A DNA stretch of 24,366 nucleotides from a virus (IMGVR_UViG_3300021959_000376:1-24366), one strand, 5' to 3'; positions 1 through 10,621 are shown, counted from the first letter of the stretch. Notes: generated by a model not told the origin, from the sequence alone. Program-made: numbers and translations.

Positions 1-996
1 TCAAACTCAATCTTTGCAACATCTGACGGATATCGTTGGAAGTATATGTACTCATTAACATCTGCTGAAACTCTTAACTTTATGTCAACAGACTTCATTC
101 ATTGTTCAACTGACTCTACTGTATCATCCGCTGCCGTTGATGGTGCATTAGATACTGCATTGATTGTTGCTGGTGGTTCTAGTTATACTGTTTCTTCAGG
201 TTCAACAATTTCTGCAATCCCTATTCGTGGTGATGGTTCATCTGGAGTTGCTTCAGTAACAATCACTTCTGGCGCTGTTTCGGCCGTTTCTATTACAACT
301 GCTGGGACAGGATACACTTATGCATATATTCGAAGTGCAGATATTATTACTGCTACAAATGCTGGTGGTGCTGGTTCTGGTGCAAACATTAATGTAATCA
401 TTCCACCTAAAGGTGGTCATGGTTCAGATGCACTTAAAGAATTGGGCGCTTTCTATGTAATGATGAACAAATCACTTGTTGGTGTTGAAGGAACATCTGA
501 TATTGGCGTTGGTAACGACTTTAGAAGAATTGGTCTTGTAAGAAATCCATACAACTTTGGAACAACAACAGTTGCAAGTGCAAGTACTAGACGACAAATC
601 TATGCTGCTGTATTCTCATCTGTATCAGGAACATTTGCTGCTGATGAAGAAATTAATCAGGCAACTACTGGCGCTGTTGGTAAAGTGGTAGAGTATGATG
701 CAACAAATAAATTACTATACTGGGTTCAAACACGATTCCCAGATGTTGGAACAGACTCAGATGGTAATGCAACTGCATTTAGTGGTGCAAACGCAATCAC
801 AGGACAAACATCAAGCGCAGCTGCAACACCATTAACAAGTAGTTCAACTGATGTGAATGGTGTATCAATCACATCTGGATATTCAACACCAGAACTTGCA
901 TCCGACTCAGGAGATATACTTTATGTTGAAGAAAGAAGTCCTATCACAAGGGCGTCTGACCAGACAGAAAATATTAAATTAATTATAGAATTTTAA
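1..996 (+). CDS. gp8: Baseplate wedge subunit, T4 gp8-like (5' truncated; frame is open from base 1)
   Basis: Frame +1 reads SNSIFATSDGYRWKYMY from base 1, so ATG46 is internal. The DGYxWKYMY motif and the C-terminus GDILYVEERSPITRASDQTENIKLIIEF match my recollection of gp8 from T4-like marine phages. Its position just before the DUF4815 gene fits that gene order. Confidence 0.85.
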   Translation, partial: SNSIFATSDGYRWKYMYSLTSAETLNFMSTDFIHCSTDSTVSSAAVDGALDTALIVAGGSSYTVSSGSTISAIPIRGDGSSGVASVTITSGAVSAVSITTAGTGYTYAYIRSADIITATNAGGAGSGANINVIIPPKGGHGSDALKELGAFYVMMNKSLVGVEGTSDIGVGNDFRRIGLVRNPYNFGTTTVASASTRRQIYAAVFSSVSGTFAADEEINQATTGAVGKVVEYDATNKLLYWVQTRFPDVGTDSDGNATAFSGANAITGQTSSAAATPLTSSSTDVNGVSITSGYSTPELASDSGDILYVEERSPITRASDQTENIKLIIEF

Positions 997-1009
997 ATAA
1001 AGGAATACC

Positions 1010-4000
1010 ATGGCATCTAAAACTGATTTTAATGTTAGTCCTTATTATGACGACTATGCAGACTCTAAAAAGTTTCATAGAGTTATGTATCGACCAGCTT
1101 ATGCTGTTCAAGCAAGAGAACTAACAACACAACAATCCATAACCCAAAATCAAATTGAGAAATTTGCTGACCATATGTTTGAGCACGGCGCAATGGTTAT
1201 TCCTGGTCAAATTGAACCGGATTTTCATTACAATGCTGTAAAATTAACTTCGTTTAACGGAACACTAACAAATTATAACGGCAATACTTTAACTGGTGGC
1301 ACATCTGGTGTTGTTGCTGATGTTGTAAATGTTGTTGCAACAGACGGTACTGACCCTGATACTTTATTTGTAAAATATAGAAATTCAGGAACAGATAACG
1401 CTAGTTCTGGGTTTACTGATGGCGAAACATTAACTAGTGGACATTCATCTGCTTCAACAGCAGTTTGTTCAACAACGGCACAAGGTGCTGCCGTTAAGAT
1501 AGAAGCTGGTACTTACTACATTAATGGTTTCTTTGTCGGCGTAACTGAACAAACTTTAATATTAGACAAATACACGAATACTCCAAGTTATCGTATTGGT
1601 TTAACAATATCAGAAACTTTTGTTACATCAACAGATGACACATCCTTATTAGACAATGCGACTGGTTCATCAAACGCAAACGCAACTGGTGCTCATAGAT
1701 TTAAAATTGACTTAACGCTTACCAAACTCTCACTCAGCTCAACAGCTGATGCTAGTTTTGTTGAATTGTTACGAGTAAACAACGGTTCAGTAGTTAATAA
1801 AGTTTCTTCAACAGACTACTCGGTATTAGAAGATACCCTTGCAAGAAGAACATTTGACGAGAGTGGTGATTATGTTGTTCGTAATTTTGACTTAGACCCA
1901 AGAGAACATTTATCATCAGGAACAAATCGTGGTATCTATGCCGCTGATTCAACTTCAGTTGATGGCAATGTTGCAAGTGAATCTAAGTTGGCGTTAGGAC
2001 TTTCGCAAGGCAAGGCATATGTTAAAGGCTATGAAATTGCAAAACACGGAACAACTTACATTGATTTAGATAAGGCGAGAGATTTTGATACTGCAAGTGG
2101 TATTGTAACTAGATTTGGTCAACTACCATATGTAAATGTTACAAATATGTACGGCACGCCAGATGTTGGATTCGTGAGTGGTGAAACAGAAGCATTTAAA
2201 GCAGTTCGATTAGTAGATACAGAACATGCAACAAGAGGAACAGTACAAGTAAATGGCGATGGTACTGTTTATGATATTGGTCGTGCAAAAACTAGAGGTA
2301 TAGAATATAGCGCTGGTACTATAGGTTCTACTTATTTTCTGTCCTCATCAGGCGTAACAACCAACACATACAAACAATATCTTTTTGATACTGTTATGTT
2401 TGCTCACATCAACTGTGTGGGTGCTATGTCGGGCGCTTTAACGGCTGGCGATACATTAACAGGCGGAACTTCAGGCGCAACCGGTATTGTTGAGGATGTT
2501 ACAACAGTCGGTTCAGCAGTAATTACAGGGGCAACATCTGCTAATCCTGTAGTTGTAACTTGTTCGGGTGGTCATACCTTTAAAGAAGGGCAACAATTAA
2601 CAATTTCTGGTGTTTCTGGTATAACAGACATTAACGCAACTTGGACTTGTAAAGACCCAACTGCTACAACATTTAAATTATTTCAGGCATCAACTTCTGC
2701 AATCGGTGATTCGGGAACACAACCTGCAACGGTTAACGGTACTGGATATAGTTCTTTTTCTGGTTCTGGTGGAGTTGCAAAACATGATGTCATAGTTCTT
2801 TCAAATGTAAAAGGAGAATTTACTGACGGAGAAACAATTACTGCGCCAACTAATTCAAGAGAAGGAACAGTTCAGTATAGTGCTTACAGAGCAAAAGGGT
2901 TTGTACAAAAAGAATTTAATCAAACTAAAGGTATTTCAATGGCGGGCAGTCCAACATATACTGCTGATGTTGACTTAACTTCAACTTATGGTTCTCATAA
3001 AACAATGACAGGTTCTATTACTGTCGCTAATAGTACAACAGCAGTTTATGGATTTGGAACACGATTTACTTCTGAATTAAAAATTGGTGATGAAATCACT
3101 TGGACAACTGATGCTAATGCAACTGTAACAAAAATTGTAGAAAGTATTGCTTCAGACACACAATTAGAAATTACTGCTACTTCTGCTGTATCAACAAAAG
3201 TAGGTTTTGTTCGTAAAAGAACAAAAATTCAATCACCAACTAATGACTCGTTGTTATTTAAGTTACCACATGATGTAGTTAAGACACTATTGACAGAAGA
3301 TAACTCTAATGTTAGTGATACAAGTTTCAAGATAAGGAGGCAATTTGCTGCGACCGTAACTTCTGGAACATTTACATTAACTGCTGGTACAAACGAAATA
3401 TTTTCAGCACACTCAGAGGAAGATTTTATTATGTCTGTAACGGGTGCTGGCGCATCAGCAGGTGCTGTTGGAGATGTTTTAACTGCTTCAACTGGTTATG
3501 CTCTTGGTGGTACTCCGACAGGAAAAACTCTAACAGTAACATTACCTACCACTTTCAATAGTGCTACCGTCAAGGTTCTTGCTACTATTTCTGCTTCAGT
3601 TGTTGGTGCAAAAACTAAAACTGCTGTAGAAGATGCAACAAATACAGATTACAACACATCAGCTCTTGCAACAAAAAATGAACTTAACTTAAAATATGCT
3701 GATGTATATTCAGTTGCTAGTGTTCATATGGCCGCTGATTTTAGTACAGCCGCAACAACAAGTGATGTGGATATCTCAAACAGATTTGATTTAGATACTG
3801 GACAAAGAGATAACTTCTATGATGTTGGTCGTCTAGTAAGAAAGGCGGGTTCTATAAACCCAACAGGAAGATTACTTATTACATTCAGTTATTATACACA
3901 TGGCGCTGGAAACTTCTTTAGTGTAGATAGTTATTCTGGTATAGACTATGGTGATATACCTTATTATACTTCTGATGTTACAGGAGAAAAATTTGATTTA

Positions 4001-7000
4001 AGAGATTGTTTAGATTTCAGGCCAAGGGTTGATAATGCCTCAACAATTAATGCTGGTACTCAAGATAGGAGTTTTGACGGCACAGGCGCTTCAGTAATCG
4101 AAATGGCTAAAATCAATGCAGACATTACTTCTGACTTAGAATTTTATTTAAGTCGTAGAGATAAAGTCTTTATGGCATCTAATGGTGAATTCAAAGTTAT
4201 TTCTGGCGCACCGGCAGTTGAACCTCTCGAGCCTGAAGGTATTGCAGATGCTATGTTATTGTATAAGATGTTTGTGCCTGCATACACTTTCAAGACAAGT
4301 GATATTTTGATTCGACCTCAAGATAATAGACGATATACAATGAGAGATATTGGTCGTATCGAAAAGCGATTAGAAAATGTCGAATATTATACTCAATTAT
4401 CTTTACTAGAATCAGAAGCACAGAATATGCAAATACAAGATGCTGATGGTTTTGATAGATTCAAAAATGGTATCATAGTAGACAACTTTACAGGACACGG
4501 AATTGCTGATGTAACTGATACAGACTATTCAGTTTCAATGGATATGGCAAACGGAGAATTGCGCCCTGCATTCCATCAAGACAATGTAAATTTAATAGAA
4601 GCTGATAGTTTGTTAGCAAATAGTACGGAGATGTCTGACGCAATTAGAACAACTAACGGTTATCAAAAGACAGGCGATTTAATTACACTACCATATACAA
4701 GCGTTTCTTATGCAGAACAACCGTATGCGAGTACAACAGTTAATTTACAACCATTTAATGTAATTGATTATGTAGGAACAATGACACTTAGTCCAGATAT
4801 GGATGAGTGGATGGCAACTGAAACATTGCCTGAGTTGACAGTTGATATGCCTGGAACATTCGATACTTTAACAGACCTTGCCGCTCAAGGAGTATTAGAC
4901 TTAAATCTTGGTACTGTTTGGAATAACTGGAACGATACTTGGTCGGGCTCGGTTTCTGAAGTTAATAGGACAACAGAACAAGCAGGTGGTTGGGGTTGGC
5001 GAAATAGGCGCACAACAATCACAACAGAACAACGAGTTGGCCAACAGCGCTCTGGTGTTCGTACAGGATTAATTCCAAATGCCGTAAGAACAAGTTTTGG
5101 TGATAGAGTAGTGAGTGTTGCATTTGCACCATTTATTAGAGAAAAGACTATTACATTTACTAGTAAAGATATGAAGCCTTTGACAAGAGTTTATCCTTTC
5201 TTTGATGGTATTGATGTTTCTGCTTATGTAACTCCAACAGGAAGTAGTGCAGGTGCGGCTTTGACAACGAACTCTGAAGGAGAGGCGACAGGAACTTTTG
5301 CAATTCCTGATGCAGCTGATTCAAGTAAACCGAAATGGAGAACAGGAAGTAGAGCGTTTAGATTGACGAGTCATCCAACAAATAGTTTAGTAGGCGATGT
5401 GTTTACTTCGTCTGAAACAGCTTATGTGGCAAAAGGATTAATACAACAAGTTCAAGAAACTGTTGTTTCTACTAGAGAGCCTCAAGTTTCAAGAGAAGAT
5501 GTGTCTGAGGACCAAACGATAACAAGAACAAATATTAATGTAACCAACACAATGGTACATGTCAACAGGCCTCCACATAGACATCCAAACAGGGATCCTG
5601 TTGCACAATCATTCTTTGTTGATTCTAGCAATGGTATGTTTATTACAAGTGTTCAATTGTACTTTTCTAGTAAATCAAGTGCAACACCAGTACAAGTTCA
5701 AATAAGAACAATGGCTAATGGCTATCCAACGCAAACAATTGTTCCGTTTGGCCAAGTCTTTGTAGACGCCGCTGATGTAAACACTTCATCTGATGCTTCT
5801 GAGGCAACAACATTTACATTCCCAAGTCCTGTATTCTTAAAAGAAAATACTGAATATTGTTTTGTTGCAAAATCAAATGACGACACATATACAATTTATA
5901 CTGCGAAGATGGGACAAAAAACACTAGATGGTGATAGATTAATTTCTAAACAACCGTACTTTGGTGGAATGTTTAAATCGCAAAACGGAAGTACTTGGAC
6001 TGCTGAACAAAATGAAGATGTTAAGTTTATTATTAATCGTGCTCAATTTACAACGGCAACGACTGGTACAGTAGTTCTTGTAAATGATGAAGTTCCTGTT
6101 AAGACTTTAAAACAGAATCCACTTACAACAACTAGTGGTTCTACTACGGTTACTGTTCATCATCCAAATCATGGTATGCATAGTACATCTGCTAATGTTA
6201 CAATCGCAGGCGTTCCTTCAGGCTCACACAATGGTATTGCACACACAAACCTTAATGGCACATATACTACGATTGGAAATATTAAGTTAGACTCTTATAC
6301 GATTACTGCACAGAATTCTGACACTGCTTCGGCGACTGGAGATTGTGCTGGTCTTAGTACTGTAACTGCAACTAGAAATGTTTTATTTGATGTTATTCAA
6401 CCATGTGTTGGCGCAATACAACCGCCTAATACAGCACTATCTTCAACAATGAGAACCACAGGCGGCAGAACGCTTGAGTCAAGTGAATCAGAATATAGTT
6501 TAGATGCGACTTCAAAACAAAAACAAATTAATTTCAATGAAGATTACTATATGACTGCTCCTGGTATGGTTGCTAGTTCAATTAACGAAACAAATGAAAT
6601 GTCTGGCAGCAAGTCGTTTAGTATGTCGATTGCTATGTCAACACCAGCAGATAATAATAATATTTCACCAGTTATTGATACTGCAAGATTGAGTTTATTC
6701 TTGATACAGAACAGATTGAACAATCCAATATCAGGAACCACACCAGACTTTACTGCTGAAACAACAAATTCTGGCGGTAGTACTTCAGCAAAATATATGA
6801 CAAGACCTGTTATATTAACAAATGATGCTACAGCGCTTGATATTCGAGTTTCTGCTAATGTTCGTTCAACGAGTGAAATTAAAATGTATTATCGCAACAC
6901 TAGTTCTGAAGATGCAAGAAAGTTAGGTGATGTTGCTTGGATAGCATTTAATTCTGATGGCACTTCTGATTCGGCTGTTCCTCCAGCAATAGATAATGTT

Positions 7001-7138
7001 ACATTTAAAGAACACAAATTTAGTGCGAGTTCTTTGCCTGAATTTACTGCGTTTCAATTGAAAGTAGTACTGACTGGAACAAATAGTTCGTATCCTCCAC
7101 TCTTAAAAGATATGAGAGGAATTGCTCTGGCGGTTTAA
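1010..7138 (+). CDS. vrlC: Large virion structural protein, DUF4815 / VrlC-like (baseplate-associated)
   Basis: 2042 aa, with SD AAGGA upstream. Hallmark motifs: FNVSPYYDD..FHRVMYRP..AVQARELTxxQ, LARRTFDESGDY, DNRRYTMRDIGRIEKRLENVEYYTQLSLLE, DRFKNGIIVDNF, DPVAQSF, and C-terminal FQLKVVL..PPLLKDMRGIALAV. Confidence 0.85.
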   Translation: MASKTDFNVSPYYDDYADSKKFHRVMYRPAYAVQARELTTQQSITQNQIEKFADHMFEHGAMVIPGQIEPDFHYNAVKLTSFNGTLTNYNGNTLTGGTSGVVADVVNVVATDGTDPDTLFVKYRNSGTDNASSGFTDGETLTSGHSSASTAVCSTTAQGAAVKIEAGTYYINGFFVGVTEQTLILDKYTNTPSYRIGLTISETFVTSTDDTSLLDNATGSSNANATGAHRFKIDLTLTKLSLSSTADASFVELLRVNNGSVVNKVSSTDYSVLEDTLARRTFDESGDYVVRNFDLDPREHLSSGTNRGIYAADSTSVDGNVASESKLALGLSQGKAYVKGYEIAKHGTTYIDLDKARDFDTASGIVTRFGQLPYVNVTNMYGTPDVGFVSGETEAFKAVRLVDTEHATRGTVQVNGDGTVYDIGRAKTRGIEYSAGTIGSTYFLSSSGVTTNTYKQYLFDTVMFAHINCVGAMSGALTAGDTLTGGTSGATGIVEDVTTVGSAVITGATSANPVVVTCSGGHTFKEGQQLTISGVSGITDINATWTCKDPTATTFKLFQASTSAIGDSGTQPATVNGTGYSSFSGSGGVAKHDVIVLSNVKGEFTDGETITAPTNSREGTVQYSAYRAKGFVQKEFNQTKGISMAGSPTYTADVDLTSTYGSHKTMTGSITVANSTTAVYGFGTRFTSELKIGDEITWTTDANATVTKIVESIASDTQLEITATSAVSTKVGFVRKRTKIQSPTNDSLLFKLPHDVVKTLLTEDNSNVSDTSFKIRRQFAATVTSGTFTLTAGTNEIFSAHSEEDFIMSVTGAGASAGAVGDVLTASTGYALGGTPTGKTLTVTLPTTFNSATVKVLATISASVVGAKTKTAVEDATNTDYNTSALATKNELNLKYADVYSVASVHMAADFSTAATTSDVDISNRFDLDTGQRDNFYDVGRLVRKAGSINPTGRLLITFSYYTHGAGNFFSVDSYSGIDYGDIPYYTSDVTGEKFDLRDCLDFRPRVDNASTINAGTQDRSFDGTGASVIEMAKINADITSDLEFYLSRRDKVFMASNGEFKVISGAPAVEPLEPEGIADAMLLYKMFVPAYTFKTSDILIRPQDNRRYTMRDIGRIEKRLENVEYYTQLSLLESEAQNMQIQDADGFDRFKNGIIVDNFTGHGIADVTDTDYSVSMDMANGELRPAFHQDNVNLIEADSLLANSTEMSDAIRTTNGYQKTGDLITLPYTSVSYAEQPYASTTVNLQPFNVIDYVGTMTLSPDMDEWMATETLPELTVDMPGTFDTLTDLAAQGVLDLNLGTVWNNWNDTWSGSVSEVNRTTEQAGGWGWRNRRTTITTEQRVGQQRSGVRTGLIPNAVRTSFGDRVVSVAFAPFIREKTITFTSKDMKPLTRVYPFFDGIDVSAYVTPTGSSAGAALTTNSEGEATGTFAIPDAADSSKPKWRTGSRAFRLTSHPTNSLVGDVFTSSETAYVAKGLIQQVQETVVSTREPQVSREDVSEDQTITRTNINVTNTMVHVNRPPHRHPNRDPVAQSFFVDSSNGMFITSVQLYFSSKSSATPVQVQIRTMANGYPTQTIVPFGQVFVDAADVNTSSDASEATTFTFPSPVFLKENTEYCFVAKSNDDTYTIYTAKMGQKTLDGDRLISKQPYFGGMFKSQNGSTWTAEQNEDVKFIINRAQFTTATTGTVVLVNDEVPVKTLKQNPLTTTSGSTTVTVHHPNHGMHSTSANVTIAGVPSGSHNGIAHTNLNGTYTTIGNIKLDSYTITAQNSDTASATGDCAGLSTVTATRNVLFDVIQPCVGAIQPPNTALSSTMRTTGGRTLESSESEYSLDATSKQKQINFNEDYYMTAPGMVASSINETNEMSGSKSFSMSIAMSTPADNNNISPVIDTARLSLFLIQNRLNNPISGTTPDFTAETTNSGGSTSAKYMTRPVILTNDATALDIRVSANVRSTSEIKMYYRNTSSEDARKLGDVAWIAFNSDGTSDSAVPPAIDNVTFKEHKFSASSLPEFTAFQLKVVLTGTNSSYPPLLKDMRGIALAV

Positions 7139-7142
7139 TCTT

Positions 7143-7370
7143 ATGAAAGACACTGCTAAAGTTGAAGGACACTCACACTTAGTTAGAGATTTAAAATCTT
7201 CTGCCATTATCAATACTGACTCTAGTGCTTATGCTCGTTACATGGCGAGAAAGACAAAGCAGAAAGAAATGAATGACGAGATACGAGGCGTTATTCGTGA
7301 TGTGAATGAATTAAAAACAGAAATGAGAGAAATTAAAGACTTACTTATAGGTTTAGCAAATGGCAGATAG
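7143..7370 (+). CDS. Small conserved T4-like phage protein with C-terminal coiled coil
   Basis: KVEGHSHLVRD..SSAIINTD followed by a heptad-like tail (VNELKTEMREIKDLL) resembles the small gene that usually follows vrlC in cyanomyoviruses. ATG7143 is preferred over 7122, which overlaps vrlC. Overlaps the next gene by 11 nt. Confidence 0.75.
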   Translation: MKDTAKVEGHSHLVRDLKSSAIINTDSSAYARYMARKTKQKEMNDEIRGVIRDVNELKTEMREIKDLLIGLANGR

Positions 7371-8991
7371 AGTAGTAGCATCCACAGATACATTAAATTA
7401 CTTTAGACACGAGTTTAATGGTACATCAACTGATGTTGGTGATATTCAGTCTGTTCTGGATGCAAGTAGTTATATTGCTTCAGCAACTGATATTGTTGAG
7501 GCTGTAGTATTACTTAATCCAGAGCTTCCTGAAATCACAACGGACGCATTTGTATTTCCAGCATCAACTATGGTTTGGGAAGGTGCGACAGATGATGCTT
7601 ATGAAACAACTTTGTCATTTACAGACCCAACTGCTGACCGTACTTGGACTTTTCCAGATGGTGGTGGTAATGTAGTATTACCAGACACTACTGATACACT
7701 TTCAAACAAAATTTTAACAAGTCCAGTAATTAACGGCGGCACATTTAGTGGTTCGTTTACTGGTACAATGAACATTACAGGCACAGTTTTATCAGGGGCA
7801 AGTCCTTTTGTCTTTGAGGGCGCAACTGATGATGCTTATGAAACAACATTAGCTATAACCGACCCGACTGCTGATAGAACACTTACAATGCCAAATGCCA
7901 CAGATACAATGATAGGCAAGGCGACAACAGATACAATCTCAAACAAATCATTTGATTTTGGTGGTTCTGGTAATAGTATAACAGGTTCATTAACAGAATG
8001 GAATACTGCACTACAGGGTGATAGTTTTGCTTCATTGGCCGGTTCAGAAACAATGGCTAATAAAACTTTCACAAGTCCAACAATTAATGGTGGTACATTT
8101 AGTGGTTCGTTTACTGGTACAATGGATATTACAGCGACAGTTTTGACTGCTGCTAATCCTTTTGTCTTTGAAGGCGCTAGTGATAATGCACATGAAACCA
8201 CTTGGGCCTTTACAGACCCAACAGCAGACAGAGTTATTACTATACCAAACGCAACAGATACATTAATAGGCAAGGCAACTACTGATACATTGTCGACTAA
8301 AAGTATCGATTTAGAAACTAATACCTTAACAGGCTCAATAGCAGAATTTAATAGTACTTTACAGAGCTATAGTTTCACATCATTAACTGGTTCAGAAACA
8401 CTTACAAACAAGACACTTACATCCGCAACACTTACAAGTCCTGTATTGAATACTGCTATTTCTGGTAGTGCGTTCTTAGATGAAGATAATATGGCATCTA
8501 ATTCTGCTACAAAGTTAGCATCTCAACAAAGTATTAAGGCGTATGTTGATAGTCAGGTTACGGCTTCAGAATTAGATATTGCACCAGATAGTGGTTCAGT
8601 ACAAAATATTGATTTAGATGACGAAGTGTTGACTTTTTCTGGTGGTAATGCACTAACAACAAGTGCTTCAGGTAGTACTGTAACAATGTCTGTTGATTCA
8701 TCAATAGTTCTTTTAGCCGCCAATCAAACATTGGCTAATAAGACTTTTACAGAAGCGGTAATTAATGAATTGACATTTGCGTCAGGAACCTCAATAACCG
8801 GCCTAAAAATGGGCGCAACGGGCATTGTATTTGAAGGTTCCACAACAGATAATTATGAAACAACTTTGACAGCAGCAGAACCGAAGCAAGATAATGTAAT
8901 TACAATACCAGATGCTTCATTCACTCTTTTAACAACGGCAACCCACGCTAGCAAATTCGACCACCTCGTTAGGGTGATTGCATTAAGTTAG
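7360..8991 (+). CDS. Tail fibre/virion structural protein with internal repeats (paralogue A)
   Basis: 543 aa, Thr/Ser-rich. Four copies of a (V)FEGxxDxxETT..DPTADR-type repeat, TLTNKTLTSP motifs and a LDEDNMxSNSATK..QQSIKAYVD motif. Collinear with 9005..10621. Confidence 0.7.
   Translation: MADRVVASTDTLNYFRHEFNGTSTDVGDIQSVLDASSYIASATDIVEAVVLLNPELPEITTDAFVFPASTMVWEGATDDAYETTLSFTDPTADRTWTFPDGGGNVVLPDTTDTLSNKILTSPVINGGTFSGSFTGTMNITGTVLSGASPFVFEGATDDAYETTLAITDPTADRTLTMPNATDTMIGKATTDTISNKSFDFGGSGNSITGSLTEWNTALQGDSFASLAGSETMANKTFTSPTINGGTFSGSFTGTMDITATVLTAANPFVFEGASDNAHETTWAFTDPTADRVITIPNATDTLIGKATTDTLSTKSIDLETNTLTGSIAEFNSTLQSYSFTSLTGSETLTNKTLTSATLTSPVLNTAISGSAFLDEDNMASNSATKLASQQSIKAYVDSQVTASELDIAPDSGSVQNIDLDDEVLTFSGGNALTTSASGSTVTMSVDSSIVLLAANQTLANKTFTEAVINELTFASGTSITGLKMGATGIVFEGSTTDNYETTLTAAEPKQDNVITIPDASFTLLTTATHASKFDHLVRVIALS
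7741..8124 (+). repeat. Intragenic direct repeat, 354-nt (118-aa) period
   Basis: An identical 30-mer, ACATTTAGTGGTTCGTTTACTGGTACAATG, at 7741-7770 and 8095-8124. The paralogue has a 348-nt period (CCAACAATCAATGG at 9365 and 9713). Confidence 0.85.
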
Positions 8992-9837
8992 TATAAATAG
9001 TACTATGGCAGACAGAACAGTAGCAACAACAGATACCTTAGACACACTAAGAACGACTTATAACTTAACGGCAACAGATGTCGGTGATATTTCGAGCGTT
9101 ACGAGTGCAAGTGGTGTAATCGCTTCAGCAACAGATATTGTTGAGGCAATTACTTTGATGAATACAGAAGTAACTGGTATTAAGACTGGTGCAACCACTT
9201 TTCAAACTAAAATCACTTTTGAAGGCGCAACTGATGATGCTTATGAAACCTCATTAGCAGTTACAGACCCAACGGCAGATAGAACAATTACTTTTCCTGA
9301 TGCTTCAGGAACTGTTGTCGTAACAGATGCAACACAGACGCTTACAAATAAAACACTAACATCACCAACAATCAATGGCGGTACTTTTAGTGGCTCATTC
9401 ACAGGCACACAAGATTTAACTGGACTAGTTATGTCTGGCGCAAGTCCACTAGTATTTGAAGGCGCTAGCGATGATGCATATGAAACTACACTAGCATTTA
9501 CAGACCCGACTGCCGATAGAGTTCTTACAATGCCAAACGCAACCGACACTCTTGTTGGTCGAGCAACTACTGATACATTCACAAACAAAACTGTTGATTT
9601 AGGGTCAAACACTCTTACAGGTTCTTTGGCAGAGTTTAATAGTGCTTTACAAAGTGCTTCTTTTGTATCTTTAACTGGAACAGAAACATTAGAGAATAAA
9701 ACTCTAACAAGCCCAACAATCAATGGTGGTACTTTTAGTGGGTCGTTTACAGGCACACAAAATTTAAGCGGAGTAGTAATGTCTGGTTCAAGCCCTCTTG
9801 TCTTTGAGGGCGCAACTGATGATGCTTATGAAACAAC
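7808..9837 (+). repeat. Identical 40-nt repeat shared between the two paralogous genes
   Basis: TTGTCTTTGAGGGCGCAACTGATGATGCTTATGAAACAAC at 7808-7847 and 9798-9837; a shorter core copy lies at about 9224-9249. Confidence 0.85.
8992..8999 (+). promoter_or_regulatory. T4-type late promoter (TATAAATA)
   Basis: Exact gp55-dependent late consensus in the 13-nt gap between two structural genes. Confidence 0.75.
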
Positions 9838-10621
9838 TCTGGCGTTTACAGACCCGACTGCCGATAGAACAATAACATTCTTTAATGCTACAGATACTCT
9901 TGTTGGTAAAGCAACAACAGACACACTAACAAATAAAAGTATCGATTTAGCGAACAATACTTTAACAGGTTCTCTTTCAGAATGGAATAGTGCATTACAA
10001 AGTGATAGTTTTGCATCATTGACTGGTTCGGAAACTTTACAAAATAAAACACTAACATCACCAACAATTACAAGTGGTGTTCTCAATACTGGCGTTTCTG
10101 GTAGTGCTATACTTGATGAAGATAATATGTCATCCAACTCTGCTACTAAAGTTGCAACGCAACAAAGTATCAAGGCATATGTAGATGCTACAGTATCTGG
10201 TCAAGATTTAGATATAAGTGGTGATACAGGCACAATTGCAATTGATTTAGATTCGACAACATTGTCTATCGTTGGTGGAACAGGAATTGCAACTACAGGC
10301 GCCGGCAATACAATAACAATAGCCGTTGCTAATACTGTAGCAACATTGACTGGAACTCAGATTTTAACAAATAAAACTCTGACAAGTCCAACATTGAACT
10401 CACCCACAATCACAGCTTTAACTGCTACTGCATTGAATTTAACAGACTCTAGTATTGTATTTGAAGGCGCAACTGCTGATGCATTTGAAACTACTTTGAC
10501 AGTTGTCGACCCAACGGCAGATAGAACAATTACAATACCAAATGAAACAGGAACTTTACTTACTACCGCAAGTGCGGCGACTAACTCTTTTTCCATAGCT
10601 TTAGCGGCGGCGTTAGGATAA
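9005..10621 (+). CDS. Tail fibre/virion structural protein with internal repeats (paralogue B)
   Basis: 538 aa with the same architecture as 7360..8991 (MADRxVAxTDTL..TDVGDI..IASATDIVEA, four repeats). Ends in a hydrophobic helix, FSIALAAALG. Confidence 0.7.
   Translation: MADRTVATTDTLDTLRTTYNLTATDVGDISSVTSASGVIASATDIVEAITLMNTEVTGIKTGATTFQTKITFEGATDDAYETSLAVTDPTADRTITFPDASGTVVVTDATQTLTNKTLTSPTINGGTFSGSFTGTQDLTGLVMSGASPLVFEGASDDAYETTLAFTDPTADRVLTMPNATDTLVGRATTDTFTNKTVDLGSNTLTGSLAEFNSALQSASFVSLTGTETLENKTLTSPTINGGTFSGSFTGTQNLSGVVMSGSSPLVFEGATDDAYETTLAFTDPTADRTITFFNATDTLVGKATTDTLTNKSIDLANNTLTGSLSEWNSALQSDSFASLTGSETLQNKTLTSPTITSGVLNTGVSGSAILDEDNMSSNSATKVATQQSIKAYVDATVSGQDLDISGDTGTIAIDLDSTTLSIVGGTGIATTGAGNTITIAVANTVATLTGTQILTNKTLTSPTLNSPTITALTATALNLTDSSIVFEGATADAFETTLTVVDPTADRTITIPNETGTLLTTASAATNSFSIALAAALG

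Noticed and set aside
46-48. ORF-track starts at 46, 7122 and 19195
   Set aside because: Position 46 is inside the conserved WKYMY motif of a gene that starts before the window; 7143 and 19201 fit gene boundaries and SD spacing better.
1010-7138. Interpreting VrlC as a bacterial virulence factor or the region as a genomic island
   Set aside because: The name is historical. Adjacency to gp8 and the late promoters indicate a structural gene of a T4-like phage.
7570-10560. CRISPR-like recurring 30-40 nt repeats
   Set aside because: The repeats are in-frame protein modules spaced hundreds of bases apart, with synonymous variation and no cas genes.
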